Shown in pieces: positions 36,656-50,500 of a stretch of 64,000 nucleotides of DNA. The stretch lies in assembly GCF_037042905.1 (NCBI RefSeq), contig NC_087251.1, positions 11,286,001 through 11,350,000 on the forward strand, in the 5' to 3' direction. Source of the stretch: Lytechinus pictus. Taxonomy: Eukaryota. The notes beneath the pieces are model-generated. The model worked only from the letters and a program-made list of their open reading frames with translations, ran no database searches and was not told the DNA's origin. Within the stretch, counting starts at the first letter, position 1. Each line of letters opens with the position of its first letter. The translations under genes were made by a program, and so were the position numbers.

Positions 36656-39600
36656 TACCTAATTATCAAAAGTCATTAAGAACCTATAAAAAACATTAAT
36701 TACTATTTTCATACAATTAACATAAACATTTTCCATGAGTTATTTCTAATCCATTCACAAAGATAACAATTTTCATGGTCCAAATATTTTTTACCTTTTA
36801 TTTTCAATTTATTTCAATCTTTACCATTTTTTGTATAAAGTTATTCCTGAAGTATGGAATTGGCTGGAATCCTCATAAAGATTTTTTTCCATATGAAAGT
36901 TATATCTATCGATAATTATATCTATAAGATAGATATTGGAAGTGCCTTATGGAAAAATCATAGATTTACATGAGGACATTTAATCCAATTCAACAGTGAA
37001 TTTCAAATATTCAAGACGAAATCAATCAGTGAAAACTTCTGTAATGGTCATATCTTTTATGATAATCATCCAATGTAATTCACATTAAATCTTTAGATTA
37101 ACTTTTTTACAGTGCTTGATCACAGAGATAATAATTTACTGTAAGAACAGATTTATTCAAAGGCCAGGCTTTGTTATTGATTTTGTATTGTGTTGAAAGA
37201 AGAAATGTTGTTGTCTAAACATGTGTGCAAAAACTTGTTTGTAAATATGTCCTGAGAATGACATTAAAATATCATTTTGTACAATATGAAGTAATTTTGT
37301 CAAGAATTTCATATTTATTGTGAACTCTATGTGAGGTGTATGAAAAAAAAGGAAATTAAGATTAAGATTTCGTATTCCTTTATGGAAAAATATGACATAA
37401 GTGATAATAATTACATCACTTGTAAGTATAACTTATTAGTTTTTTAATAATACTTTTAATTCCAATGATATCAACATATTTTGCAAAATTGCAGTTTGTT
37501 CACTTCTTTACCCAATGCAATGGACACAGTGAACATTAACACAAAAATGAACAATTCAAGCAGTTGCTGTGGTTTCATGGGCTGTTTTGGACATTATAGA
37601 AACTTTGCTTCAAAAATACATTGAGATATTTCCATTTAAAAATATGAAATGAAAGCTTTCTTGAAGAAAGTATTGTGCATGTTTTTCTTTTCCTTTTATT
37701 GTTTTCTTTTTCCATTTACCTTTAGACTATATGACCCATATTATCAAAATAGGTTTCAATTGTACCATATTACAAAACCATTTGTGTACATGATTATGCT
37801 TATTTCATTGCGTACACTAAGCAAAGTCCAATTATAAATGCACGCTTTTGACAAAGAATTAGAAAAATCTGCATAGTCTACGGTTTTGTACCATGGTACA
37901 TTTGAAACCTCTTATGAAGAAGGACCAATGTCTCTTCATCAACTTAAATACTCATTCACTCTCATTTTATAAAAAAACAAAACATTCAACTTATAATGAA
38001 GGGAAAAATCACTTTTGTTCAATTCAAAATTTTAGTTTCAAAAGATTATTTTATTTCTCTGTAGTCATGTATATTGACAATGTGAAAAAGAAAATGGATG
38101 AAAATAATACTATATAATTTCTTCAAAATAATTAGTAAAAGCACCTTTTAATAATAAGATATATAAAATTCAACATGCACACATAATACAATAAATCTGT
38201 TCACTCTCAAAATCTTACTTCTGTAGCTTATGATATCACTCATAGATAGAATATAGTAATGATTTATAACCAGTCACTTCCTCACACATGGAAGAAAGTG
38301 CATTCGGGTCTGTATTATCAAAGAAAACATCAGATATGTCTACAGAACACTTTTAGTAGTATTTTATGAAACTTGTAACAAATGTAAAGTTACCCAAGTA
38401 CCTTTGAAAATATTACTAATAACTAATATTATTATCAACCAAAACATACCTTCTAGGGCTTAGTAATATTGCTGTTTCTAAAGTTAAATTTAGACAACGC
38501 ATTGCAAATGAGGATTGCTTTTAACGCTCAATTAGACATGTCTTCAAATACCTTTAGTTTGAAGAAATGTTGCAATTGTAATAAAGTTATGTAGACCTGG
38601 AAAGTGTACAAAAAAATACTGAATTCCACTGATGAATATTTTATTTGAAGTAGATAAAATATAACAAAGCTGCATGTGTAGTGAGAGTATGATTCAAGAT
38701 TCTCTGCACCCTGCCAGTGAATATCATACAACTGTACTATTTAAAAAAAGTATTACAGTGCTTTTGATATGAAAATATTAATAAACCAAATACCTTTTAT
38801 ACTTCATATTGACCATTATGCATCCTTTATTATTAAGAATATATGGTATAGGGTATTTAATTCTATGAACACTGAAATGTTTACTTTCATCAAACACAAC
38901 CGTCTTATTTGTTTCCTGAAGCCCCTTTTGCACTATGCCGATTTTGCTATGATTTGGCAGATCGGGGGAAAATGAACCATTTTACCGGGAGTCAATAAGA
39001 AATGGTTTGTAGTAATAAAAATTGTCCAAAAGAACGAGGGATTAATTACGTCAGCGTGCCACTGTTAGTACGCCAGGAAAGACCTGATTACACTCATCCT
39101 ACGACTTTGTGCTGTGTCGTTTACGCTTTTCCCACTTCCCCCATAATTCAAAATGGGCGTTTCTGATCGGGAAGATCAGCATGAAATTTCGAACATGTTC
39201 AAATATTTTAGCCGACAATGCTGATTTGAATAAATGCCGGCTGTTACCTCTTCCTCACAATGTTGTTATTATGCTGCTCCCGATTCCTATCCCCCCTCTG
39301 CTGATCTAATGATTGGGTTGGATTAGGGTTTCAGATCATGATAGTGAAATAGCCCCTTGAGTCAATTCTAGATTGATCTGAATTCAGTTCTTAGCAATAT
39401 CATTTCTTATGATTTCTTGCAGTAATCAAATCACATGTCAACCTAAAAAAAGATAATAACTGTATTGAAAATATTTGTTAATTCATTACAATTGAAAAAA
39501 AATGTCATTGCAATCCCCATTAATATATATACTATTAAAACTATATTAAAGTAAAGTACATGACAGAATTATCAACTTTAATAAGCCAGTTCGTAGTTCC

Positions 39601-40103
39601 ACTCTGCGCATGATCGGAAGATTCTACGCATGATCAGACAAAGGTCATTTGTACAAAAGTGACATGGTGGTTTAAAATTTAATGAGATAAGCACCAACTT
39701 TGATTTTTGATTATTCATGTATCTTTTGAATTGTGTTTTTCATTTACATCCACAAAAAACAACAATGCGTCCACGGACGACTGGTATCTCACAGTTTGAA
39801 AAGTACATTGTATAACATGCTATAATATGCATTCAAATTAGAAATGCAACAAATACCTTCATAGAGTGTTGAATTGTGTGGTATTCTAGTCACCTGGTCT
39901 ATTCAATTTCTTCATCCTGCTATGTAAGGCATTCTTACATAATATCTTGCTTTGAAATCTGCCTATCTCAATGAAAGAAATGAAGGGTCATTTGACCAAA
40001 ATTGCCCATGTGTAAATACGAACTGGTCTATATGGCTGCAATCGGATGGCTAATCTTGTCATTGATTTTCACTCACAAATTTGATCACTGCCAATCAGAT
40101 GCA

Positions 40104-40285
40104 AGGTGTGGTGACTCAGTCGGTAGAGCAAAGGTTTTGGATTCTGGTGACCCAGGTTCAATTCCCCCTTTTGTGCGCTAGTACCTTTTGGTAAGGCATT
40201 TATCCTCATTACCCAGTCCTTCAGAGAGGACCTTAAGCCTTTGGTCCTCTGGTTGCTTGCTCAAAAGCATTCAGGTAAAAAAAAA
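40104..40285 (+). mobile_element. tRNA-derived SINE
   Basis: A-box GTGACTCAGTCGG and B-box GGTTCAATTCC, followed by a non-tRNA SINE body (ggtaaggcatttatcctcatt..gaggaccttaagcc). Confidence 0.7.
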
Positions 40286-40979
40286 TCACCACCTCCCCAA
40301 CCAGGATAGTAAAATCAATGACATGTTGCTTCATGACATGTAGATATATCATAGCCTAGTCACCTTGCAGTTGCAGAAAGGGTTGTGTTTACACCGACTG
40401 GTTCAAAATTAAGTCGAGTTTCATTTTTAGTCGTGTTGATTTCAACTCTTTCAGGAACATCCCCTCAACATAATCAAAGAGGTAGATTTAGTATACTGTT
40501 TGGCCCGAATTCACAAAGGTGGTTTTGAATACATGATCCATAACTATGGTTTAGGCCGATTTGATGCATTATGCTCATTTAAGGCATACAGAGGAGTCCA
40601 ATATTGAATGCACCATTTTCTTACGAAGGGCACCAAATTCACGCATGTTACTAAAGTTCCATGACACGTGCCTTTGTGACAATTGCTCTTACCGAAAATC
40701 CACATATTTAGCTCGGATAAGCCTGGACTTCAACGCTTACCCTAACTTTATTCGTAATACATGTACTGTACTTGCATCATTTTGAACCAAAAACCCTTCC
40801 ATAGCCCTTAACCTCACTTTTTATTTTCAGAGGAGCATATAATTCAGGAGCAAATGTCACATGCCCTTTAATAAGCCCACTGTGTTTGTAAATTAATTTA
40901 AATAAATAGTGCTCTAACCTTTTTTAATAATTCAAAGCCACATTGCGAATTTGGGCCTTGGTTTTTGGTTTAATCTGTA

Positions 40980-41571
40980 TCAGTAGATACCGTCAATGTT
41001 ATCTGAAACATTTGAAAGTGAATTCCTTTTGTGTGTTCTGGTATCCAAACCTCCTTCTTCACTTTCTTCTATCTCTTGAATGTTGCCAAGTGATGATCGC
41101 ATTGTAAAGTTCCCATCTCCGTTTCTATGCACGGTAGCTGCAACCGATCGCTGTTCGCTACTGCCATTCGATGGTTCAGCAAAACAAACATCGGGAACAG
41201 TGCTGCATTGATCAGGCTCATCTTGGACTAACAGTGAATTGCCATGTTCCATGTTTGTCTCTACTTCAATGTTAAGTAGATTTGATGACATCTCTTTCTG
41301 TTTTATTGCTTGATCTTCCTTTTTTAGCATTGGATCGGTTACTGTCGTCATATTAATCGTTTCATTTGTTCCATCAGATTTTCCGTCCCCCTGAGCTCTG
41401 GCTTTCATGGCCGCTATCATCCCTAGCCAATCGTTACCTTTCTCCTCCTCTTCCTCCTCGACTTCAACTCCTTCATCATTGATAAAAGCCGGATTTGTCT
41501 TTCCACCATCGTCGTCATCGTCGCCATCGCTTTCATAGTAGGCATCAGGCTCGACAAGCTCTGAGTCACTC
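40980..41571 (-). CDS. Terminal exon, acidic cytoplasmic tail
   Basis: ctgtag|.SDSELVEPDAYYESDGDDDDDGGKTNPAFINDEG...NIDGIY-TGA; open for 197 codons including the stop. Confidence 0.85.
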
Positions 41572-44500
41572 CTACAGAAAATAAGACATAGATTGAATAG
41601 GCTATTGACCAGAATGTGATGGTTGCTAATAAAGCATCATAAAGAGGATTAAAAATTGTTTTTCCTTACATTGTTTAAATATGCGCCAAAGACAAATTCA
41701 TTAAATATATAGCATGACCATCTTGAAAGCATCAAACTACGTTGTAAATTGTATTCATTAAATTTTCAGTATATTAAGATATTATGACCTTTCATACTGC
41801 AGTCAGGATTTCGATGTTCAATATAAAAACTGCACAATGACAGTATTCAAAAAGGATAATTCAAGAAAGTACACATGCATAGGTGAACATACATTCTTTT
41901 ACCATGACAACCAAGTTAATCTAAGGGATTGTTTGAATATCGGGAGTTGTAAAGTCAAAATTTGAAAACTTCCTCATTCCTAACTTTATTTCTAATCAGT
42001 AGTCAAAATTATAAGCTGTTTCTCCTCATCCTCTTCCATTTCCTCTTCTAGCTCTTCTTCTCCCCTTCCTCTATAGGCAGAATTTGATATGGTGTTAGTA
42101 TTGCTATTGTTTGTTATATTGGTATATAAAACCGTTTGAATTATCTTCTTTTCTTCTTGATTACTATACATCTTACTTTGTCTTAACATCAGTATAATAA
42201 TCCTTACCCATGATATTGATGTTTCTTTTGTTTGCATCTGCGTATGTAGACTGGGAAACACAGTATAAGGAGTAGAAGCAAAATGACAACCCAGACAACT
42301 CCTACCACAATTGCCAGGGTTTTAGGCTCTGTTTTACAGAGCAGAAAATAAAAGGAATATTAGAATAATGATTAAGAGAGGTAAGAATAAATTGTGAATT
42401 TGATGGGTTTTTTGGGGGTCTTTTATCATACAAAAAAAATGTCAACCTATCAAGTAAATTTCAGCTGCTTACCATTAAAATATAATCCTTTAGGTTTCAA
42501 CGTTTTAAAAATTCTAACAAAATTTGAAAACTATTTAACACAGTAAATAGAATTCTAGTGACCTAATAACGAAATCATTGGTTTATTATCAAACCAAACA
42601 TTGATAAAATGTATTTCTTCTTTGGTACGTTTAGATATATATTATAAATATCCCAATGGACGGACTAGTGGCATGACAATGAGATTGTTTAATTCTGACT
42701 GCTCTTATTGATGAGATGGTGCACTGACAAAGAGATTTGCCATTTCATTGTTAATATGACACAGTACATTAGTTAACATCACTGCAAAGATACCATGATC
42801 ATAAGTTCTTTGTGCATGGCAAGTATGCATGCCCCTTGTGTACTAGGACCATCCAGACTATGCCAATTCGTCATCCGTTTGGGACATGACAAGGCATACA
42901 TGTAGCTACCAGGGTCAATCATGATCCCCAATAAACAAGGAACTTCAAAAAATATTTAAACTTAAATGAAATGTTACATGCTGAGCATGGTAATATAGTG
43001 ATTTTAGATACATAATTAATGTATATTCCTGTATTTGGTGGTAGTTCTCACCATTAACTTGGTCTTCTAATTCACATCTTGTGCCGTAGTAGATGAATTC
43101 AGAGCATCTGGAAAAAATAACAAGATGAAAGAGTTGACATTCTAATGTCTTAGAGAATTGGGGTCTGCAAAAAAATTGCAATAACACAAAAAGAGAAATT
43201 ATTTTATTTTCTGAATTCATGACTTTTCAAGATCATCCCCATTCAAAGTTTAAAAAGTACAATTTGGTCTGGCCTATCAGTCTTTTTTTTTTTTGGGGGG
43301 GGGGTTGTATGTCATCTTATAACTTAGTATCTCTTTTTTTCTACCAACAAATATATTCCACTTTAAAACTTTCTAATCGGATGTTTTATTCCATTTTGAG
43401 AGGTACCTTGGGGAGAGGAAGGAAATATGCAACAGACCTGTACAATATGATAATTTTCCACTTGGTACATTTAAAACAAAGGGCATTCTTGGTGACCATA
43501 AAGATTGTCCAAGGATTTCCTGATTTCCTGCAGATTTGATCTGAAAAATGCGGTCATGCCTTTTATACCACACGCAACTAGGCATTTAAATGTGACTCTA
43601 AATCATACTTAAATCTTTGTGAAACAGCCCCAGGTTATGTTCAACCTATTCACATGTTGATATATATCATCTTTATTCGCCAAATAATATACATGTAACA
43701 TATATGTGGCACTTCTATAAAAAAGAGAGAAAAAAATTGTACACAATAAATCACAATTAATAAAATATAGGGAGAGAAGATAGATTAAATTGAAGCTAAG
43801 AAATACATAGGAATTCAATCAACTAGGAGATCGATGCAATATTTTGTCACCAAATACCAAGAAGATAAATATCCATGAAGTGTACTGGAAATGGGAAGAA
43901 TTGGCTTGTTTTGTTCAACGTTACACAATTTTGAAATAGAACTTTTGATAACTTACAGACAAGCCACTATGTTGTTCCCATTAGGTTTGACACAGTAACT
44001 GTCATGAAGGCAATAGGTTGGGTTATCTGGACAATAGGAGACACAGATCTTGTTCTCAACAGTGCAGTTCATGCCAGTTGGGCAGGGTAGGAAGTAACAT
44101 TCATCCACAATGGTTGTACTATCTGTAAATTTAGAATGAATCAATCACTGTTATTATATTGTCATCATTATCATCATTATAAGTCATTTCAGTACCATTA
44201 TCGTTGCCATCACCATCATCCTAATTCATCATCGTAATTATCATTGTCACCACCACCACTATCAATATCACTGTCATCATCACCACCATCATAACCATTA
44301 TTCATCATCATCACCATCATCATCATCATCACTGTTATCGCCACTGCCATCATCATCATCATGGTTGTCTCCATCATTGTATCATTCGTATCACCATCAT
44401 CATCACCACCCCTGCCATCATCATCACCATCATTGTCACCATCATCATCACCATAATCGTCAGCATCATCATCATCACCACCCCTGCCATCATCATCACC

Positions 44501-47500
44501 ATCATTGTCACCATCATCATCACCATAATCGTCAGCATCATCATCATCACCACCCCTGCCATCATCATCACCATCATTGTCACCATCATCATCACCATAA
44601 TCGTCAGCACCATCATAATCACTACCCCTGCCATCATCATCACCATCATTGTCACCATCATCATCACCATAATCGTCAGCACCATCATCATCATCTCCGT
44701 CATATCACCATCATTACCACCACCATTGTCACCATTATTGTCATCATCATCATCACCACCATCACCGTAATAATTATCATCTTCTTCATGCTCAGAATAT
44801 GTATTCTTACCATCATGATTAATGAGCCTGATCTCCTTAACATCAGCACCGATGAAACCTTCATCCCTGAGTGATGTGAAGAAAATCTTTGTCTCATCTC
44901 GTTTGGAATCAGATGATGTTGGCCTTAAGAAGCCAAGACTGAGTTGGATTACTACACCCCCATCTTCAGACATTCTAAAGACAAGATAATGTAGGGAGAG
45001 TGATATAGGAGAAGATTATCTCATAAAAGGAAGAACAAATAAAAAATCAAACTCATAACTTTCGTGGTGTGAATCTATTCGTCTTTTATTGACGTTTTAA
45101 GAAATAATGTACATAATAATATGTGACAGAATAACTGGCAAAAAATTGTGTAAAGTTTAACTGTTTCATAATTCAAAAGGCAAAGGCGAATGAAAAATAT
45201 AAGCCTGGAAATTCAGGTTGGTATCCTAAAATCTAGAATCACCTTCACTTTTATCTATTTAGTTTATTAACCCCCTTTTTTCATGTCATTTTTTTTTTCA
45301 AACCAGAATCCCTCTTTTAAAATCGTCCCCAGGCCCCTGGTATCATTCAGTAGGGAAACGATTACCACAGGAAATAGAAATATCAAAAAGACAAAATTAG
45401 AAGTTCTTGAACGCATTACATTTCATAATCATAAGTGAAATTTTGACAGTTGGAAAGAAGCAGATAAAATTAATGGGAAATGGGGATTGTTACATACTCA
45501 TGCCGTCTATCAAAAAGAAAATTATCTAACAGACATTAATACTCTTCTTTTGAAATGCTTACTTGAATCCTTGAATTTCGTTTGTCAACCCCAGTGCCTC
45601 TTTCTCAATTCCTTTTAAAATCGAGAGGAGGAGCAAAAGACAAAATAATACTCACGTTATGTTAGTGATAACAGAGTCTAATAGATTAGGATCCTTGCCA
45701 TAGGCTTCTTGAATCTGAAAACAATCACATGTTGGTAACAAAATCATAAATTCATTATCAAACTAAAAAGCATTCCAGTTATTTAGTAAAAAAAATATTC
45801 TCTCTGGATGACAGTCATTGCTTAACGGGAACAAGTTTGTAACTTGGAGATATTGCAAAATACAAAAAAATTACCAATCAACCACAATTTTAATTTCTAA
45901 TTGCCATAATTTCTTCTTAACTTTTCCGATTTCATTTCATTTTTGCTGCATGAAGCAGGCCAGCAGTCAATTGCATATTAATAATTTATTACAATACATA
46001 AGATTAATTTCTTCACCAAAAAGTGATTTGAAATTGGTTTGAGGATTCTTGCAATTCCCTTTAGGTTGGTTGCAATAAAGCCACAAACCATTCCTGAAAA
46101 TTTAATAGCCTTCTACTTGACATGAAAGTATCTCGATATTCATGTATTTTTAAAAAGAAAACCCTCCGATATGCTTCATATGTATATTATAACTTTGGCA
46201 GCAGAGAGAACATCGTTTTTTTTTTCTCTCTCTTTCTCACCTGTATTTGCAGGGCTTCGTCCACCATTTTATAGTGTTCAGAGGTTATATCTGCCAAGGC
46301 ATCTGAGTACACAAGGTTAGGTATTTCAATCTCCATTGCAATTCTATTTTTCTCTGTTGGAAACGGAAAAAACAACGGCAATTTTCAAAAATAAAAAACT
46401 CAATCGCGAAGAAAGTCGTTCAAAGACATCTTTGTTTGAAAGGTGTGCAGAATTTTAATTTGAATATGTTAGTAAATCTGTTAGTTACACTGGCGTAAAT
46501 CCCGGGGGATGGGGGGATATATCCCCCCCCACTTTTCGAGGAGGGGGGGATGGCCTGTACAAACATCCCCCCCTCTTTTTACGAAAGAAATGAAGAAAAA
46601 AATCACAAGAGATGATTGTTTTATTGGTTAAAATTCTTCCTAAAATACCGCTTAACAAATAAAACAATATTATTGAATCATAAAATGCAAATAAAGAGCC
46701 AGTTCACCATTTCCAAACGAAATACTTATGTCCTTATTATAACATTGAAGAGAAACCCCCGTTTCTTCCATTTCATCAATGTTGGGGTCTTTGGGAAGGG
46801 ATTAAGATGGAATGTCAAAAATGTTTTAATGTAATCGATAAAACCACTAAACCATCATGGGGTAACAAAGATAACATTGGAGGGGTATTTGCCATATGGA
46901 CATACAGTGACGTAACTATGGGGGGCACATCCCCCCCCCCCCATCGGCTGACCAAAAGAAACGGGGAAAGGGGGGAAAAGGAGAAAAGAGGGAGAAAGGA
47001 AGAAAAACGTAGTGGGAAAGAAGAAAATATTATTCATTATAATATTATATTATAATTATGTTATGTTACATTACATAAGAAACATTTTTATCATAACTTT
47101 ATGAGACATAATTTGCCCAGGGCCTACGTCTTCATTGTTCCTGGGGCTCGCATTGTCTGTTTAACGAGATATATAATCTTGTTGTACTAAAACATCCCGT
47201 TTTCAAGTCAATATAAACCAAATATATTTCCTAGCACTTGAGTTATCATTGTTTTATGTAGTGACATATGCTTCTTTTTCATGACTCAAAAAGTGATTGC
47301 CCCATGTTAAGGTCTTCGTATATATGAAACATTTCCTGTCCGTGGTTACGTTCGCATTAGTGGATTGGTGAGATATGTCTGCTCTTCATGAATTCCTAAA
47401 ATCAGTCCTTAAAATGTCCCTTCTTCTGATCTGAATATCAAAAATTTTCAGCTCGCGCTTCGCGCTCGCATCATTTGGTTAATGAAATACGTATGGTCCT

Positions 47501-50500
47501 AGTTATTTCCTACAAAGAAACCTTAGAATGCCCCACTTCTGGTCTGAATTATCTAAATTTTCAGCTCGCGCTTCACGCTCGCATTGTTTAGCGAGACAGG
47601 TACCTATCATGATTACACAAAGTTGATTATAATGTCCCTTTTTAGGTGTGAATATAAAAAAAAATTCAGCTCGCGCTTCGCGCTCGCATTATTTGATCAG
47701 TGAGATACATATCCGTTTAATGACATTGTCCTTAAAATGTCTCTATTAGGTCAGTATAACTGGCAACTGAGCGCGCTTCGCGCGCTCACTAGCGCACTCA
47801 CTCAGTGATTCAAAAATTTTGCTGGTGCCTCCCCCCCAATGCCGTGACCCACGGTACGCCACTGTGGACATATCAATGACAATTCCTTGCATATCTAAAA
47901 ACATGATTGCAAAAAAAATGCCAAAATATTTCGGTCATCCCCCCCACCCATCAACACGGATTTACGCCAGTGGTTAGTTATGTTAGTAATCTATTGTCGA
48001 GTTTTTTAATCTCTCATTCCTGATTCCCCCCCCCCCCTCCCTCTCTCCCTTTCTCTCTCCTTTATCTCCTTTTCTCCCCCCCCCCCCCCCCCTCTCTATC
48101 TCCCCCTCTCATTATCTCTTTCTTTTTCTCTTTCTCATATTCACTATATTTACTTCAAATCATACAGAACCCCTTTAAACAACTTAAGACCTGTTCAGGA
48201 ATTTTCACAATTGTCACCGGGGCCTTTAAGCTATTCCATTAACTTTGCATTTAAAAATCAATATCAATCCATGAAATCGAGCTGTATGCATTAGTTACTG
48301 CTATGTCGGGTATGCTTTCAAAACAAAAAAAAGTCGCTAGTTGAATTAGAATAGTAATGATGTATGTCTAAATTGATTGGGAAAGCACCTGTATTCATAT
48401 GCTCATGAACGAATGCATCTTGTTGCGCCGTCAGGGAAACCTAACGTTATAGGCAATGACATTGAATCCATACATTTGATGTCGCTACGTCAGACAATGC
48501 TAATCCAATCTTATGGGTGAATGTTGGCTTTATGACGAGTTACACTTCAAAAGATATGCATAAATCAGTAAATGGACCATTCAAAATTAAGAGATCTCTG
48601 TAGATCTATACCTGGTATCAAAAAGACTGTGACTGTGAACGAGCAAGTCTCTTCATTGCTGGAAGGATCAACCGCCGTGTACACGACAGTCGTATCGCCT
48701 CTGTCAAAGATGGCGCCGGGTTGGTGGGAAACTGTCAAGTTCACATTGCCAGAGTTGTCCAGTGGTTGTGGTACCAACCAAGAAACATCGGTCGATCGCT
48801 CGTCTGGAGAATGTAGATAGCCATATGTCTGACCAGGACAGCCGTGGATTGTCGGTATTTGATCGTCTTTTTAGGAAAAAAAAATCTGATCTTAACGACG
48901 CTATGGAAACGTTTTGATTTGAAGATGTGAGGCATTGGTAAAACATTTCCAGATAGTATCAAAGTTTTAAAATGATTTATGAAGTTATAAAATAAGTTTT
49001 CCCCAAATATAAATTCATGAATGGGTTATGTTTGCTTTGTCAGGCCGCCAAACTAGTTTCCTATGAATCATGAATTCATTTAACAAGTCTCTCAATATAC
49101 TAAATTTAATCCAACAAAAAAATACACCAGAAATGATTGATGAATTAAAAAAACATCGATTATTCTCATCTTTTTAAAGGATATTTAAATATATGAGATA
49201 GAAAATGCAATAAGATAAGATAAATTAAGTTCTAGATCTATATCTTTAAAGATAGATGCATATTTAACTGTTGTAAATTCTTTGCTGTTTTATGATATCT
49301 TTTATGTGTTATACATTTTTTTTATAATGAAGAATTCTTAAAGACATTATTTTGGGGAAGACTTAACTGAACGGGGACTAACAAAAATTTATATTTTCTC
49401 GAACAATCCAGTAATATAATGGAGAGAAAGAACTACGGCAAGTATATCCGATAAGTCAGGAACGAACATTAATCGTCATTTCTCTATACCTGTGATAGTT
49501 ATGATGAAGGAACACGTTCCCCAATTTAAGGACTCGTCTTGGGCAATGTATACAACCTCGGTCGAACCAATGTAGAAGACATCTCCCGGTTGATGTGATG
49601 ATGTCATCGTGATAGGCCCCCCTCTGTCGTCATTTGCTAGAGGTCGAAACCAAGAGATGACGGTGAAAGGGTAGCCTTCATCCGCTGGTCGACTCACGTC
49701 GTCAGGACAGAGCCAGAATGTTGGCGGTGTATTATCTAAATTTATACAAAATTGTATCTAGGAAATTAATAGGGATTGACATATAGGAAGCCCGTTCAGT
49801 GACTGGCAGAAAGGGTGGGATGCGGCTGCCTCAATCATTTCTAAAATGATATAAAAATAAAAGAGATAAACCACCATTATTTTTAGTCGGAAAAACTGGC
49901 GTCATCTTTTGATCTAATTGCCCCCCCCCCTCTGGTAATCAGAATATACTTTGGCGCTATTCTAAACATATTCATAGATTTAAAAGCAACAATTTTCGAA
50001 CTAAAAATGAAATCAAGAGATCGATTTGATGACATATAAATAAATATTTTCAACATCATTACCGTCAGGAATGCTCATTGTGATTGGGTCATGATCGTTT
50101 TGTCGAAATCGTCAACTTGGCTTTTCAGAATTGATCCCGATTAACAAGTTACGTGGAATGGAAAGGTATTTTGCGATACTTAAAAGAAAATTTACCCTCA
50201 ATTTGAACAGACTTTGAAAACAACCCACCTCCAACTTTTTCGTAATAGGTGACGTCATCTTGATGTTCAAGGTCGTCGAAGGTTCGTGCGATGTTCGCGC
50301 TCAGACGGCACTCTCCCGACAACGTATATTCAGCTGATCGACATTTGAACGTTTCTTCATCTATACAAGCATCCAGACACTCGACGATGCTGGAAGCGTT
50401 GATGACCACGTCATCGTTCTCGACGAGGATATGTCCATCGATCTTGGTAAATAGAGTCAGCACGAACTCTGCACGATAATAGAAGGTGAGAGAAAGGTCT

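Noticed and set aside
40104..40170. tRNA gene
   Set aside because: A and B boxes are present but there is no complete cloverleaf, and the sequence continues into a SINE body; the same applies to 34780-34850
41992..42261. 89-aa ORF with poly-Glu
   Set aside because: Out of frame with the TM exon and runs into an intronic GAG/GAA low-complexity tract
44365..44874. 169-aa His/Cys-rich ORF resembling a metal-binding protein
   Set aside because: It is the translation of a (CAT)n microsatellite with a 72-bp higher-order repeat, antisense within an intron, with no true ATG start or other gene signals
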